From: Escherichia phage A73
Direction: 5' to 3' (one strand)
Sequence record: OP778609
Length of the DNA stretch: 64,000 nucleotides
Both the position numbers and the translations under genes were made by a program. The notes beneath the pieces are model-generated. The model was given only the letters and a program-made list of their open reading frames with translations, was not told the DNA's origin and did no database searches. This document shows, one piece after another, positions 1 to 8,653 of the stretch (within the stretch, counting starts at the first letter, position 1; every line of letters begins with the position of its first letter).

Positions 1-350
1 ATTACGCTGATCTGGTTACTCTGAATGCAGATTCTAAAATCAACCTGTCAAACGTGGAAGCGGTGCACGTCCTGGCCCGCCGCTGGTTCCAAAAGTTATA
101 TGGTAATACTTATTTCTCTTTAAGTGTAGATGTGGAGATCGCTGGTAAATTGGTAGAAGTAGTTAACGTCCCGTTTAAATATGGTTATGGTGATCATTTC
201 GATACCGTGGCACTGGAAGAATTTAGCAAGGTTATCAACATGGAAGGAAAAGAGTTTTCAGAGTATAGTTACCTTTCCCGTTTTTGCCGTGACAATAACA
301 TCCCTGTTTATTCGAACGCTGTTGATGTTAAACGCAAAAAAGATATGTAA
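1..350 (+). CDS. hypothetical protein, 5'-truncated at window edge
   Basis: Reading frame open from position 3 to stop at 348-350; no upstream stop in window, so the true start lies outside. Confidence 0.45.
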   Translation, partial: YADLVTLNADSKINLSNVEAVHVLARRWFQKLYGNTYFSLSVDVEIAGKLVEVVNVPFKYGYGDHFDTVALEEFSKVINMEGKEFSEYSYLSRFCRDNNIPVYSNAVDVKRKKDM

Positions 351-437
351 TTATTATTGACAGTACATAGAAAACAAGTAAACTGTATTACATAGAAAGC
401 GGGAACACTTCCCGCTTATATTCCAGGAGTAAGAGAA

Positions 438-689
438 ATGATCGAACAAATCAAAACTACGACGGCTAATGTAACGGGTACAGTATCGCACTTCATTAGT
501 GATGAATCACGGGGCGTTCCTTATTGTGCAGTACATATAAACAAAAATGGCGACTACTGGTTAACGGCGTATGGATCTTATTCTTTCGGACGTAGTGCAC
601 ACCAAAAGATCCTAGATAAAGTACAGCCAACGGGTAAAAATATTACCGCTGAGATGTTTAATAAATCACTTGCAAAGTTAAAAGCGTAA
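438..689 (+). CDS. hypothetical protein (83 aa)
   Basis: ATG preceded by AGGAG RBS; upstream hairpin 398-418; downstream hairpin 703-725. Confidence 0.55.
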   Translation: MIEQIKTTTANVTGTVSHFISDESRGVPYCAVHINKNGDYWLTAYGSYSFGRSAHQKILDKVQPTGKNITAEMFNKSLAKLKA

Positions 690-750
690 AGTATAATACA
701 TCACATCAGGCGGGGAGTGTTTCCCCGCCACAAAACGAAAGGCCAACAAA

Positions 751-921
751 ATGAAAGCAAGCATGATGGTAGCGACTGTAAACATTATCATTGGTAACGG
801 AACTGGACACCACGAAATCATAAAAAACAAGGCTTACTCTATTAGCTCCCTCAAAAACGACATGCGTTTATCTTTGGGCCAAATCCGCGCTTACTTTCGT
901 GAAGGCTATCAGAAAAAGTAG
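751..921 (+). CDS. hypothetical small protein (56 aa)
   Basis: ATG at 751 after AAAGG; below the 60-aa track cutoff; fills the gap between flanking genes. Confidence 0.3.
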   Translation: MKASMMVATVNIIIGNGTGHHEIIKNKAYSISSLKNDMRLSLGQIRAYFREGYQKK

Positions 922-932
922 CAAATTAATAG

Positions 933-961
933 TTGACGCAAAGGTCATTTTAATTTAATCT
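933..961 (+). promoter_or_regulatory. sigma70-like promoter (TTGACG-17-TAATCT)
   Basis: -35 at 933-938 and -10 at 956-961 upstream of the ORF at 990. Confidence 0.45.
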
Positions 962-989
962 ATAACAAATCGACAAATGAGGCATAATC

Positions 990-1292
990 ATGTTTACCAA
1001 AGCAAATGAGTATTTCTTTTTAGATTTACTTGATGAAAGTATCTTTGTAGCTATGGGCAAAAAGTCAATGGTCTTTAAACGCAAAAAAGATAATGGTGAA
1101 TTTGAAGATAGCGAAGCCGTGCTAACAGTCAAGGAAGGTAAAGAACCTGCAACGTCTGTTTTAATCTACACCTTGACCAACGGCGGTGAAGTTATCGCAT
1201 CAGGTAGTAGCCATCCGATCCCAAAATCGGAAGTGAACACTGTAATTATTGGTTTTGTTGCAGCTTGTTTCTACGAGGAAAAAAGCAAATGA
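990..1292 (+). CDS. hypothetical protein (100 aa)
   Basis: ATG with upstream GAGG; stop overlaps the next start (ATGA). Confidence 0.55.
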   Translation: MFTKANEYFFLDLLDESIFVAMGKKSMVFKRKKDNGEFEDSEAVLTVKEGKEPATSVLIYTLTNGGEVIASGSSHPIPKSEVNTVIIGFVAACFYEEKSK

Positions 1293-1453
1293 ATCCGCAA
1301 AATTTATCTTATGTAAACTGGCCCAATAAGGCTGAGAAGAAAGAAAACTTGAAACGTCTGGTTAACTTTTATCGTGAAGCTGGTCATAGTAAAGTAACAG
1401 CGGTTAAAATGGCAAAGCGCCACCTTAACAAGCCAAGTACTAAACTAATTTAA
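1289..1453 (+). CDS. hypothetical basic protein (54 aa)
   Basis: ATG at 1289 overlapping the upstream stop, GAGGAA RBS; lysine-rich. Confidence 0.4.
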   Translation: MNPQNLSYVNWPNKAEKKENLKRLVNFYREAGHSKVTAVKMAKRHLNKPSTKLI

Positions 1454-1461
1454 AAAACTTG

Positions 1462-1490
1462 TTGACGTTGGCTTGTGCCGTACCTATAAT
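1462..1490 (+). promoter_or_regulatory. sigma70-like promoter (TTGACG-17-TATAAT)
   Basis: Consensus -35 at 1462-1467 and perfect -10 at 1485-1490 with 17-bp spacer. Confidence 0.6.
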
Positions 1491-1525
1491 GGACGGCATA
1501 GGCAAACGAAATAGGATTTATAGAA

Positions 1526-1732
1526 ATGAAAAAGAAAATTGTATATAATATTATTAGCTTTATCGCAACTATCCTCCTGGCTATTGCTGGTCTATCTTTG
1601 ATTGTTGCAGTAGGATCTCTGTTTCCTGGGGCAATAAGTATTAGCATAGCTTTCGCCGCATTGTCTGTTTTTACAGGGTATGCAGGGATTAAAGTTACTT
1701 ACTGGTCAGAAGATTACAAATATTCAAACTAA
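1526..1732 (+). CDS. small membrane protein (68 aa, two predicted TM helices)
   Basis: Hydrophobic stretches IISFIATILLAIAGLSLIVAV and ISISIAFAALSVFTGYAGI. Confidence 0.5.
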   Translation: MKKKIVYNIISFIATILLAIAGLSLIVAVGSLFPGAISISIAFAALSVFTGYAGIKVTYWSEDYKYSN

Positions 1733-1745
1733 ATTGAGGTGTAAG

Positions 1746-1895
1746 ATGTACAAGCTATTAACCTGGGAAACAGAATCATCGTCACCGATCAGCCGGACCT
1801 TTTTTGATTTGTGCACGGCTTACAGGCTGGCAAAGGGAGGATATCATAAGGCCCAAATCATTGATGAATTTAATGTTATCCTTTATGAATTTTAA
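1746..1895 (+). CDS. hypothetical small protein (49 aa)
   Basis: ATG at 1746 after GAGGTG; the longer track ORF uses an alternative start. Confidence 0.3.
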   Translation: MYKLLTWETESSSPISRTFFDLCTAYRLAKGGYHKAQIIDEFNVILYEF

Positions 1896-1942
1896 TCAAT
1901 TCATACACTTAAAAGAAAGTTAGAAAAAGTTTTAAAAAGTGG

Positions 1943-1971
1943 TTGCAACAGGTATTGGATAGTAGTATAGT
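1943..1971 (+). promoter_or_regulatory. sigma70-like promoter (TTGCAA-17-TATAGT)
   Basis: -35 at 1943-1948, -10 at 1966-1971. Confidence 0.4.
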
Positions 1972-2122
1972 ACTTTCAACGGGGCGAGATGGCCCAAAAC
2001 GAAAAAACTTGAAAGGTGATTATCATGATGGCAATTTTCTTAGTTTCTCTTCTGGTTGCTGTATGTTCTGCCACTGCTGCCGCTGTACTTTATGACACTC
2101 GCTACAATGAGGAATAATAAAA

Positions 2123-2341
2123 ATGAATATTGTCAACATTACAGGTAAGACCGAGATCCTTAAGAATCTTGCACCAGGTGAGTCCACCGTATGGATCTGC
2201 AAAGATGGAGAAGTAGAAAAACAAATGAGATTGTTTACCGCTATTTGTTGTCGGTTAAACATGAAAGTTACACAAATCCGGTCGATGATTGTTAGTGTGG
2301 GAAACATTCCGACTGAATGCATAATTCTTACAAAGATTTAA
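2123..2341 (+). CDS. hypothetical protein (72 aa)
   Basis: ATG preceded by GAGGAA RBS. Confidence 0.5.
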   Translation: MNIVNITGKTEILKNLAPGESTVWICKDGEVEKQMRLFTAICCRLNMKVTQIRSMIVSVGNIPTECIILTKI

Positions 2342-2417
2342 AAATAGCTTTACAACAACGATAAAATCAGTACAATACAAATCAGGCAATAAAGCCGACT
2401 AAAGAAAGGTAAAGACC

Positions 2418-2657
2418 ATGCAAACTATTATCACTAAATTTCTTCCTCCTACTAATACCCGTGGCGCTCGCATCAAAGCAAAATGTTGGTTGACAGATAT
2501 CACTATCGCCTATCCGGTAGCCGAGATCAACGAAGCCCATAAACTGGCGGCAGAAGTGTTAATTACAAAATTGAAGATGACAACAGATATTGATTGGAAT
2601 ATCGTTGCAAGCGGTGAAACACCGGACGGCAGCGGCTACGCTTTCATTATCAAATAA
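2418..2657 (+). CDS. hypothetical protein (79 aa)
   Basis: ATG after AAAGG; followed by hairpin 2666-2685. Confidence 0.55.
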   Translation: MQTIITKFLPPTNTRGARIKAKCWLTDITIAYPVAEINEAHKLAAEVLITKLKMTTDIDWNIVASGETPDGSGYAFIIK

Positions 2658-2711
2658 TCATAAAGCGGCGGGAATAGTTCCCGCCTTATTAAAGAGAAAA
2701 GAGAAGATATC

Positions 2712-2990
2712 ATGACTATTACTAAATTATCCACCGAAGAGATCACCAACATTCTGACTACTAATCTTGAAGATTGGAAGCGTGAAGCTGATTTGCAAGC
2801 AACCTGTAAGCTGAATACAGAGCTAACATCAGACGATATTGAAACGATCGTCCATGCTGATTTCTATGATGCTTTGCATGATGATTCTATCATCCTTGAA
2901 ACGATGCTAGATAATGCCTGGATTAATCCCGATTTGGCGGCGTATGGTCGTAGCACCTTTATCACTATCCACAATATTTATAACCGTTAA
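2712..2990 (+). CDS. hypothetical protein (92 aa), paralog of 3662-3940
   Basis: N-terminus MTITKLSTEEI...TTNLE.WKREAD and C-terminus FITIH.IYN shared with the ORF at 3662. Confidence 0.6.
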   Translation: MTITKLSTEEITNILTTNLEDWKREADLQATCKLNTELTSDDIETIVHADFYDALHDDSIILETMLDNAWINPDLAAYGRSTFITIHNIYNR

Positions 2991-3117
2991 GAGGCGATAA
3001 ATGGTCCTGTAACAGCCTAAAACGGCGAAAGTATGCAATCACCTTACTTGACGATATTCTACGCACTGGCTTACACTGGGGCTTTTAAAAGGGCACAAAA
3101 TAATTCGAAAAAAGTAG

Positions 3118-3146
3118 TTGACGGCAATTAATAATCTGGTAAAGTG
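3118..3146 (+). promoter_or_regulatory. sigma70-like promoter (TTGACG, weak -10) with conserved leader
   Basis: -35 at 3118-3123; downstream ACGTAAGGCGGCAATAGCGCCGCC leader hairpin at 3156-3173. Confidence 0.4.
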
Positions 3147-3192
3147 TACCACGTAAGGCGGCAATAGCGCCGCCATTAAAGAGATAAACGAA

Positions 3193-3579
3193 ATGAAACA
3201 AGAAATCATCAATGAAATTATTAGCGGTTACAAAGAAGCCTTTATTTTCGCTGAATCAGCAACAGATCAGCACGGGGAGTATATCGATAACCTTGATCCT
3301 TATGACTTCTCCCAGGATGCAAACGACCGGATCGCCCAGGATGTGACAGCCTTTATCAATGCTAATGTTGCCGCTATCTCTGAAGCGATGAGCGACGGCG
3401 CTACAGCCAACCAGATCGGGAATGATTTACATTTTACCCGTAACGGTCACGGTGTAGGCTTTTGGGATCGCCCTGAAATATACACCACTAACACGGCTAA
3501 CCGTTTGAGCAATGCCGCTAAATTAATGCCTAACGTGTCAGCTTACATTGGGAAAGATAATCTGATTTATATTGAATAA
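3193..3579 (+). CDS. hypothetical protein (128 aa)
   Basis: ATG after AAAGAG; acidic protein. Confidence 0.55.
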   Translation: MKQEIINEIISGYKEAFIFAESATDQHGEYIDNLDPYDFSQDANDRIAQDVTAFINANVAAISEAMSDGATANQIGNDLHFTRNGHGVGFWDRPEIYTTNTANRLSNAAKLMPNVSAYIGKDNLIYIE

Positions 3580-3661
3580 AAAGTATTGACAAGCTGAATC
3601 AACCTGATAAGATGTATCACATAGGGGCGACAAGCGCCCCGCCTAACAGAGAGATAGAATC

Positions 3662-3940
3662 ATGACCATCGCCAAATTATCCACCGAAGAAATCGAACAA
3701 GTGTTAACTACTAACCTGGAACAATGGAAACGTGAGGCAGATATACAATCAGCAAAATGGCTTAACGAGAAGTTAACACCGGATGATCTGAGTAAGATTA
3801 TAGATCCTCAATTCTATGAAGATATTCACGACACGGCGTTATCCGTTGAGGATGTACTCGATAAGCATTACATTGCTACTGATTTGCAGGTTTACGGGCG
3901 TAAAAACTTTATTACTATTCACGACATTTACAATAACTAA
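3662..3940 (+). CDS. hypothetical protein (92 aa), paralog of 2712-2990
   Basis: About half of residues identical to the ORF at 2712 along the full length. Confidence 0.6.
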   Translation: MTIAKLSTEEIEQVLTTNLEQWKREADIQSAKWLNEKLTPDDLSKIIDPQFYEDIHDTALSVEDVLDKHYIATDLQVYGRKNFITIHDIYNN

Positions 3941-3975
3941 GGGCGGCAACGCCCTACAACTAAAAGGGTAATATT

Positions 3976-4170
3976 ATGACGTTAGCAACATGCACCGGAT
4001 CAAAAATTGCTTGCTTTGAGTTTATGGAAGACTATGAAACGACAGCTATCACCGATCAATATATCACCGTGATCACGCGTGACGGTATCGCCTGGCATGT
4101 TCCGGTTTATGATGGGGATACCTATGAAGTCACCGACAGCGGCGGCAATACAGCTATCTTTGTTGTCTAA
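3976..4170 (+). CDS. hypothetical protein (64 aa)
   Basis: ATG after AAAGGG. Confidence 0.45.
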   Translation: MTLATCTGSKIACFEFMEDYETTAITDQYITVITRDGIAWHVPVYDGDTYEVTDSGGNTAIFVV

Positions 4171-4183
4171 GGGGGGAAACACT

Positions 4184-4411
4184 ATGCACAATAACATCAT
4201 TACCGATCGTGCCGCTACTATGCGCCCTGGCGATCGGGCACGTTTACAGATCGGCGCTTATCCGTTCCCTACCTATGACTTTTGCAAAGTAACCGCTATC
4301 GAAAACAATCCCTTTGATCCTGATACCGTGATCATCTGGTACGAAGGAAAGGGAAATAAATTTGAAGACATTTTGGGGCGGGATGAGCATATCAATATTA
4401 TTCGTTACTAA
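4184..4411 (+). CDS. hypothetical protein (75 aa)
   Basis: ATG at 4184 preceded by GGGGGG; the longer track ORF 4079-4411 overlaps the previous gene. Confidence 0.5.
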   Translation: MHNNIITDRAATMRPGDRARLQIGAYPFPTYDFCKVTAIENNPFDPDTVIIWYEGKGNKFEDILGRDEHINIIRY

Positions 4412-4529
4412 TCGCCACCTAACAGCCTAAATAGTAGGAGGCAATGCAATCCCCTACTCAATGAGAATGGAGCGCCCTGGCTTATGCTGGGGCGTTCTAC
4501 GTTACAGCAAAATAATTTTAAAAATACAC

Positions 4530-4558
4530 TTGACGTTCGCCAGGTGAGCGGGTATATT
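4530..4558 (+). promoter_or_regulatory. sigma70-like promoter (TTGACG-17-TATATT) with conserved leader hairpin
   Basis: -35 at 4530-4535, -10 at 4553-4558; leader ACGTAGGGCGGCAATAGTGCCGC at 4565-4587. Confidence 0.55.
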
Positions 4559-4607
4559 TTATCACGTAGGGCGGCAATAGTGCCGCTCACTGACTGGAGC
4601 TATCATT

Positions 4608-5009
4608 ATGGCCTTTACAATCACCTCTTACACTGACGTTGCCAACATTGCTAAAACTTTCGGCCCTGAAGCCCTTAAGTATGCGGTATCCAATGGTAAA
4701 CTAACGAAAGAGCAATGTTACCTGATTGGAAGCTGTAAACGTTGGGCGGCATCTCGTAACATCGAGATTGAAAACGTAAATGATGGTAACATCGAGTATA
4801 GCGTTGATGCAGTATTCAAGGCCGTGTATTTGGGCGGTATCTACAATACCAATCTTAATGATGTTCGTATCGTTCGCACTGGTTTTGGGGCTTATGATGT
4901 TCCAGTCCGCGAAGCTATGGAAAAAGGTTATATTAATCCAGCTATTTTAAGTATGATCATGACTGAGGCCAAAGAACGTAACGAAGTACGGGCCATCCTG
5001 GGCCTGTAA
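4608..5009 (+). CDS. hypothetical protein (133 aa)
   Basis: ATG after TGGAG RBS. Confidence 0.55.
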   Translation: MAFTITSYTDVANIAKTFGPEALKYAVSNGKLTKEQCYLIGSCKRWAASRNIEIENVNDGNIEYSVDAVFKAVYLGGIYNTNLNDVRIVRTGFGAYDVPVREAMEKGYINPAILSMIMTEAKERNEVRAILGL

Positions 5010-5040
5010 TGAAATATTAATCGAAAACTATTGACACGGA

Positions 5041-5068
5041 TCGTCAATATGCTAATATTTATCACGTA
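5041..5068 (+). promoter_or_regulatory. sigma70-like promoter (TTGACA-16-TAATAT) with conserved leader hairpin
   Basis: -35 at 5041-5046; leader ACGTAGGGCGGCAATATCGCCGC at 5075-5096. Confidence 0.5.
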
Positions 5069-5113
5069 GGGCGGCAATATCGCCGCTCACCCCTTAAAAG
5101 AGCGAGATCTAAA

Positions 5114-5329
5114 ATGGCGTTAACAAAACAAGAAATCATCGACCGCATCAAAGAGTCAACTGGCGAGAATATTGGTAATGGTTTAATTGTTAAAGTTCTT
5201 GATTATTCAAATAATCCCCTGGCACCGGAACCAGTGGCTTACAAATTATCCTGGATATCCGTATTTAGTGGTAAGCGTACAAGATGCGTATACTATCCGA
5301 ACACCGTGGGGCGTCAGTACTGTAAATAA
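5114..5329 (+). CDS. hypothetical protein (71 aa)
   Basis: ATG after AAAGAG; followed by hairpin GGGGCGGCAACGCCCC at 5351-5366. Confidence 0.5.
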   Translation: MALTKQEIIDRIKESTGENIGNGLIVKVLDYSNNPLAPEPVAYKLSWISVFSGKRTRCVYYPNTVGRQYCK

Positions 5330-5389
5330 AGGGCACTTTAATATTAATAAGGGGCGGCAACGCCCCAGGTCAACCAAAGGGAAACAACA

Positions 5390-5596
5390 ATGAGTATTGC
5401 AATGATTAGCTCATCCGACATTAAAAAGGCTTTATCTGTATTGCGCTATCACCATAGAAGGAAGGTAATCAATGACGAGAGCTATCTAGATTCATCGTTA
5501 GAAAGCGATACGTTGGAAGCCATTTCAAAATTATCTGATTTGCATAAACGCATGACCGAAAGCAACCGATCCGACTTCATAGGGGGCGAAATATGA
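5390..5596 (+). CDS. hypothetical protein (68 aa), MSIAM N-terminus
   Basis: ATG after AAGGGA; shares the N-terminal pentapeptide with the next ORF. Confidence 0.5.
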   Translation: MSIAMISSSDIKKALSVLRYHHRRKVINDESYLDSSLESDTLEAISKLSDLHKRMTESNRSDFIGGEI

Positions 5597-5853
5597 GTAT
5601 TGCAATGTTAATCAATACCGTAGAAGAGGCGAAAGCATTAAAGTTACGTGTTGAACTGATTGATCAACCAGGTGGAGATCTCCTTGTACAAATCTATCCC
5701 CCAAAGGATGATTCTGGCGCTTATGATTGGTGCTACTCTGACACGTTCGAACAAGTAGACATTAAAGCAATAACATCATTTATCAACAGGGCTATACTTG
5801 AGCAAACGATAGAACTTAACGGGATGTTAAAAACACCCTGGCACATTTACTGA
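5593..5853 (+). CDS. hypothetical protein (86 aa), MSIAM N-terminus
   Basis: ATG overlapping the upstream stop; AGGGGG RBS. Confidence 0.5.
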   Translation: MSIAMLINTVEEAKALKLRVELIDQPGGDLLVQIYPPKDDSGAYDWCYSDTFEQVDIKAITSFINRAILEQTIELNGMLKTPWHIY

Positions 5854-5863
5854 GTTCGACAAA

Positions 5864-5891
5864 AGGGCTTGACTTGTTCAGCCCTTTTTTG
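5864..5891 (+). terminator. rho-independent terminator
   Basis: Stem AGGGCT/AGCCCT followed by TTTTTT. Confidence 0.6.
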
Positions 5892-6029
5892 CTATTCTTA
5901 TCAAACGGGCGGCACCTGGGAACAGGGGGAGGTAATCACTGGACGACTCCGCTATACAGTGATAGTAAATAGCTATCAATAATCTCCAAAAATAAAATAA
6001 AACCTATCGAGTCTTTACAATTCTTTCTG

Positions 6030-6058
6030 TTGACACAACAACCGCATTACAGTATTAT
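6030..6058 (+). promoter_or_regulatory. sigma70-like promoter (TTGACA-17-TATTAT)
   Basis: -35 at 6030-6035, -10 at 6053-6058, then CTCGTAGGGC leader motif. Confidence 0.55.
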
Positions 6059-6061
6059 TTA

Positions 6062-6330
6062 TCTCGTAGGGCAGCGAAGCAGTGATGTAAAGTAGTTACT
6101 CTATGATGTAAGTTCTGAGAAGTCGAATCCGATAAAGTATCAGAAAGTTTCTAAGTTTTCGAATCGTCCAGATGAAAAAGGCTGGCAAGTGTTGAGAAAG
6201 GGCACGTTGAGTAAGTCCTGAACAGGGGCGCTCCTAGACACCTTCTACTGAGATTGCGATCGAAGTGTTAAACTGTGAGAAACAAAAGAGCGCTAGGAAA
6301 GAAAGAAACAAGAAAAGAAGTTAAAAAGAT
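6062..6330 (+). ncRNA. candidate untranslated transcript / sRNA
   Basis: About 270 nt downstream of a strong promoter with no ORF longer than 7 codons; the next promoter (6333) serves the gene at 6407. Confidence 0.2.
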
Positions 6331-6332
6331 TG

Positions 6333-6362
6333 TTGACACAAAAGTAAGTTGTATACTATTAT
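6333..6362 (+). promoter_or_regulatory. sigma70-like promoter (TTGACA-18-TATTAT)
   Basis: -35 at 6333-6338; CTCGTAGGGC leader follows. Confidence 0.45.
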
Positions 6363-6406
6363 ATCTCTCGTAGGGCAAACATTCAAAACATCAAAAAGGG
6401 TACAAA

Positions 6407-6682
6407 ATGTTACAACTTAACGCTAAATTAGACAAAGAAATCACTGAATTTTGGGATATGGTAGTAGCTACTGATGTGGACGGTGTAGCAAGTCCTTACC
6501 TCAATAACATCGAGTATCACAATGTTGCCGCTATCAATGCAGAACACAAAGAGAAAGGCGGTGCTGATAAATTTGCTAAAAGCAATGGCTTCACTGATGC
6601 TAATCACATGATGCAATCAGTATTGTGGCAAGCTCAAGAAGATTTCGAAGAAAAAACTCTTGAATTTGCCAGACGCTCATAA
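6407..6682 (+). CDS. hypothetical protein (91 aa)
   Basis: ATG after AAAGGG; followed by hairpin GGGCCGAAAGGCCC at 6697-6710. Confidence 0.55.
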   Translation: MLQLNAKLDKEITEFWDMVVATDVDGVASPYLNNIEYHNVAAINAEHKEKGGADKFAKSNGFTDANHMMQSVLWQAQEDFEEKTLEFARRS

Positions 6683-6737
6683 TAGAATAATCAAACGGGC
6701 CGAAAGGCCCACTAACTGACCTAACAGGATTAACATC

Positions 6738-7007
6738 ATGAATCGCATCGACCAGCTTAAAGTAGTTCAGCATATGGCTTACCGTATCCTTGAAGTTCAG
6801 AAAGGGAGCAAAAAAGAAGTATGTGAGAAGGCTTATAAGGTATTCAGCCACAAAGCTGATGATTGGAAGTTGCAGAAAGTCAAAAAGGCCGATATCCTGG
6901 GCTACCTTGAGGATGAGATCCGCCTTGCGGAGCAAAAACAGATTCGTCGTGATGAGGCAGAACATAACCAGGCCTGGCAGGAGTGGTTTAAAGGGTATAC
7001 TAAGTAA
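6738..7007 (+). CDS. hypothetical protein (89 aa)
   Basis: ATG after ACAGGA; Lys/Glu-rich helical protein. Confidence 0.55.
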   Translation: MNRIDQLKVVQHMAYRILEVQKGSKKEVCEKAYKVFSHKADDWKLQKVKKADILGYLEDEIRLAEQKQIRRDEAEHNQAWQEWFKGYTK

Positions 7008-7016
7008 TATCGAAAA

Positions 7017-7040
7017 CGGGGGGTTATATGCCCCCTTTGT
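7017..7040 (+). terminator. rho-independent terminator
   Basis: GGGGGG/CCCCC hairpin followed by a T-run. Confidence 0.55.
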
Positions 7041-7070
7041 AAATATTCCATTAATTTACAATTCCCTCTA

Positions 7071-7100
7071 TTGACAAGAAAGTCAATTTTGCAGTATAGT
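7071..7100 (+). promoter_or_regulatory. sigma70-like promoter (TTGACA-18-TATAGT)
   Basis: -35 at 7071-7076, -10 at 7095-7100. Confidence 0.5.
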
Positions 7101-7140
7101 TATATCTCTAGCAGCAAACAACAAAACAAAGGACAACGAC

Positions 7141-7560
7141 ATGAACATCAAATCAACTAATCCGGCTTACTCTTTCGATAACGCTTTTTGTCACGGTAGT
7201 GCCGCCAAAGGTTTTGAAATTGATGGTAAACTGGTTATCGTCAATGTTGATGGGGAAGAGGTTGCAGTTTATCCAGTGGCAGACGTTAAAAGCCGTTTAC
7301 AATGCCGCATGGATGTTAACGAATACCGCCTTGATCCGGTTCGTGTCGTTGCCCTGGTACTGGAAGAAGAAATTAAAGCAATGCAGCACAGCAACAAATT
7401 TATCGGCGATGCACAGGACAACATGAAAGTAAGCCGCCACAAAGTTAATGAAGCACTGAAAGATTTTGGCTTTAAAGATCTAGTTATCAAACGTGATGAA
7501 AAATTTCGCTTTCGTAATGATCTGGCAAATCGCTACTATGAAATCTATGAAGCACTTTAA
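7141..7560 (+). CDS. hypothetical protein (139 aa)
   Basis: ATG after AAAGGA; longest ORF in this block. Confidence 0.6.
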   Translation: MNIKSTNPAYSFDNAFCHGSAAKGFEIDGKLVIVNVDGEEVAVYPVADVKSRLQCRMDVNEYRLDPVRVVALVLEEEIKAMQHSNKFIGDAQDNMKVSRHKVNEALKDFGFKDLVIKRDEKFRFRNDLANRYYEIYEAL

Positions 7561-7575
7561 GAGGTAAGACAACAA

Positions 7576-7598
7576 GGGGCCGCAATAGCGGCCTTTTC
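7576..7598 (+). terminator. rho-independent terminator (GGCCGC-AATA-GCGGCC + TTTT)
   Basis: Hairpin with the GCAATAG loop shared by the leader hairpins, followed by a T-run. Confidence 0.6.
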
Positions 7599-7600
7599 TA

Positions 7601-7629
7601 TTGACACCTGCTAATCATTCCTTTAATAT
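7601..7629 (+). promoter_or_regulatory. sigma70-like promoter (TTGACA-17-TAATAT)
   Basis: -35 at 7601-7606, -10 at 7624-7629; CCTTGTAGGGC leader. Confidence 0.55.
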
Positions 7630-7680
7630 GTACCTTGTAGGGCAAGCAATAACGCAAGCCCATAAATAGGACAAACTATC

Positions 7681-7878
7681 ATGACCATCGCTAATGAACT
7701 GATCGCTGTATTGAATGAAGCCAAATCTAATCAGATCGATGTACAGATCAAAGAATTGCCCAATGGCCTGATCGGTTGCACTTGCACCTGCTTCGGAAGT
7801 GACTACACAGAGGTAAGCTCTCTAGAATCTCTCATTCGTCACTTGAAATCAATAGTTGAAGATTGGAGAATCATCTAA
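7681..7878 (+). CDS. hypothetical protein (65 aa)
   Basis: ATG after TAGGA; followed by hairpin GGGCCGCAATAGTGGCCC at 7887-7904. Confidence 0.5.
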   Translation: MTIANELIAVLNEAKSNQIDVQIKELPNGLIGCTCTCFGSDYTEVSSLESLIRHLKSIVEDWRII

Positions 7879-8494
7879 TCAACCAGGGGCCGCAATAGTG
7901 GCCCTTGTCATATCCATCGGCGTGACTCTCCCAACTCTATTAATCCCTTCCCCATTTGGATCATCATAACTTACCTCATCTAATCATTAATCTAATCCCC
8001 TTTGGAATCTCTCCCCCACAAATCTAAACTAATCTGATAGCTTACCATAACATAATCCACAAAGAAAGAACTATTTTGCCCACAATGAAAGGCAGTTTTA
8101 AAGAGATACCATTGCCAGAGTATGGAGGTGGCGCGACCGTAGGGAGCGACACTATAAAACGAGTATACCCCTCCTACCGCTATGCGGTCATCGGTGATAA
8201 CCGATATCGTTACACGCTATCTGTTCTCTTCGTTTCCTCGTTTTATAGTGTCTATATGTAGTAATCTTTTATTCTTTGTCAATACATTATCGAAGATAAT
8301 ATTGAATTATTTAATGCTTTGTTATTCATATAAAGTGAATAGCTAGTCAATAGGAAGGCCGTTAGTGTGACCACACAAAGAGGCTATGCACCACAAAGAG
8401 AGGCCGTACTTGCCCACAAAAGGAGCAAACAAGCAAGGCGGTACGCCAGTTTGCTAATGAGCGTAGCTCTTTTGCTAGACAAAACTCTCTTCTC

Positions 8495-8653
8495 TCTTCT
8501 TTCCCAAAATAAATTTTTTCTTGCTTTTATTGCCAGAGTATGGCGGGGGGAATGTTGAAAAAATAGATCTTGACTGGTCAACATACGATACATCCTATCT
8601 TCTTTCCCAAAATAAATTTTTTCTTGCTTTTATTGCCAGAGTATGGCGGGGGC
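8495..8653. repeat. two copies of a ~55-bp direct repeat
   Basis: TCTTCTTTCCCAAAATAAATTTTTTCTTGCTTTTATTGCCAGAGTATGGCGGGGG at 8495-8550 and again at 8598-8653; partial third copy of TTGCCAGAGTATGG near 8113. Confidence 0.85.
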
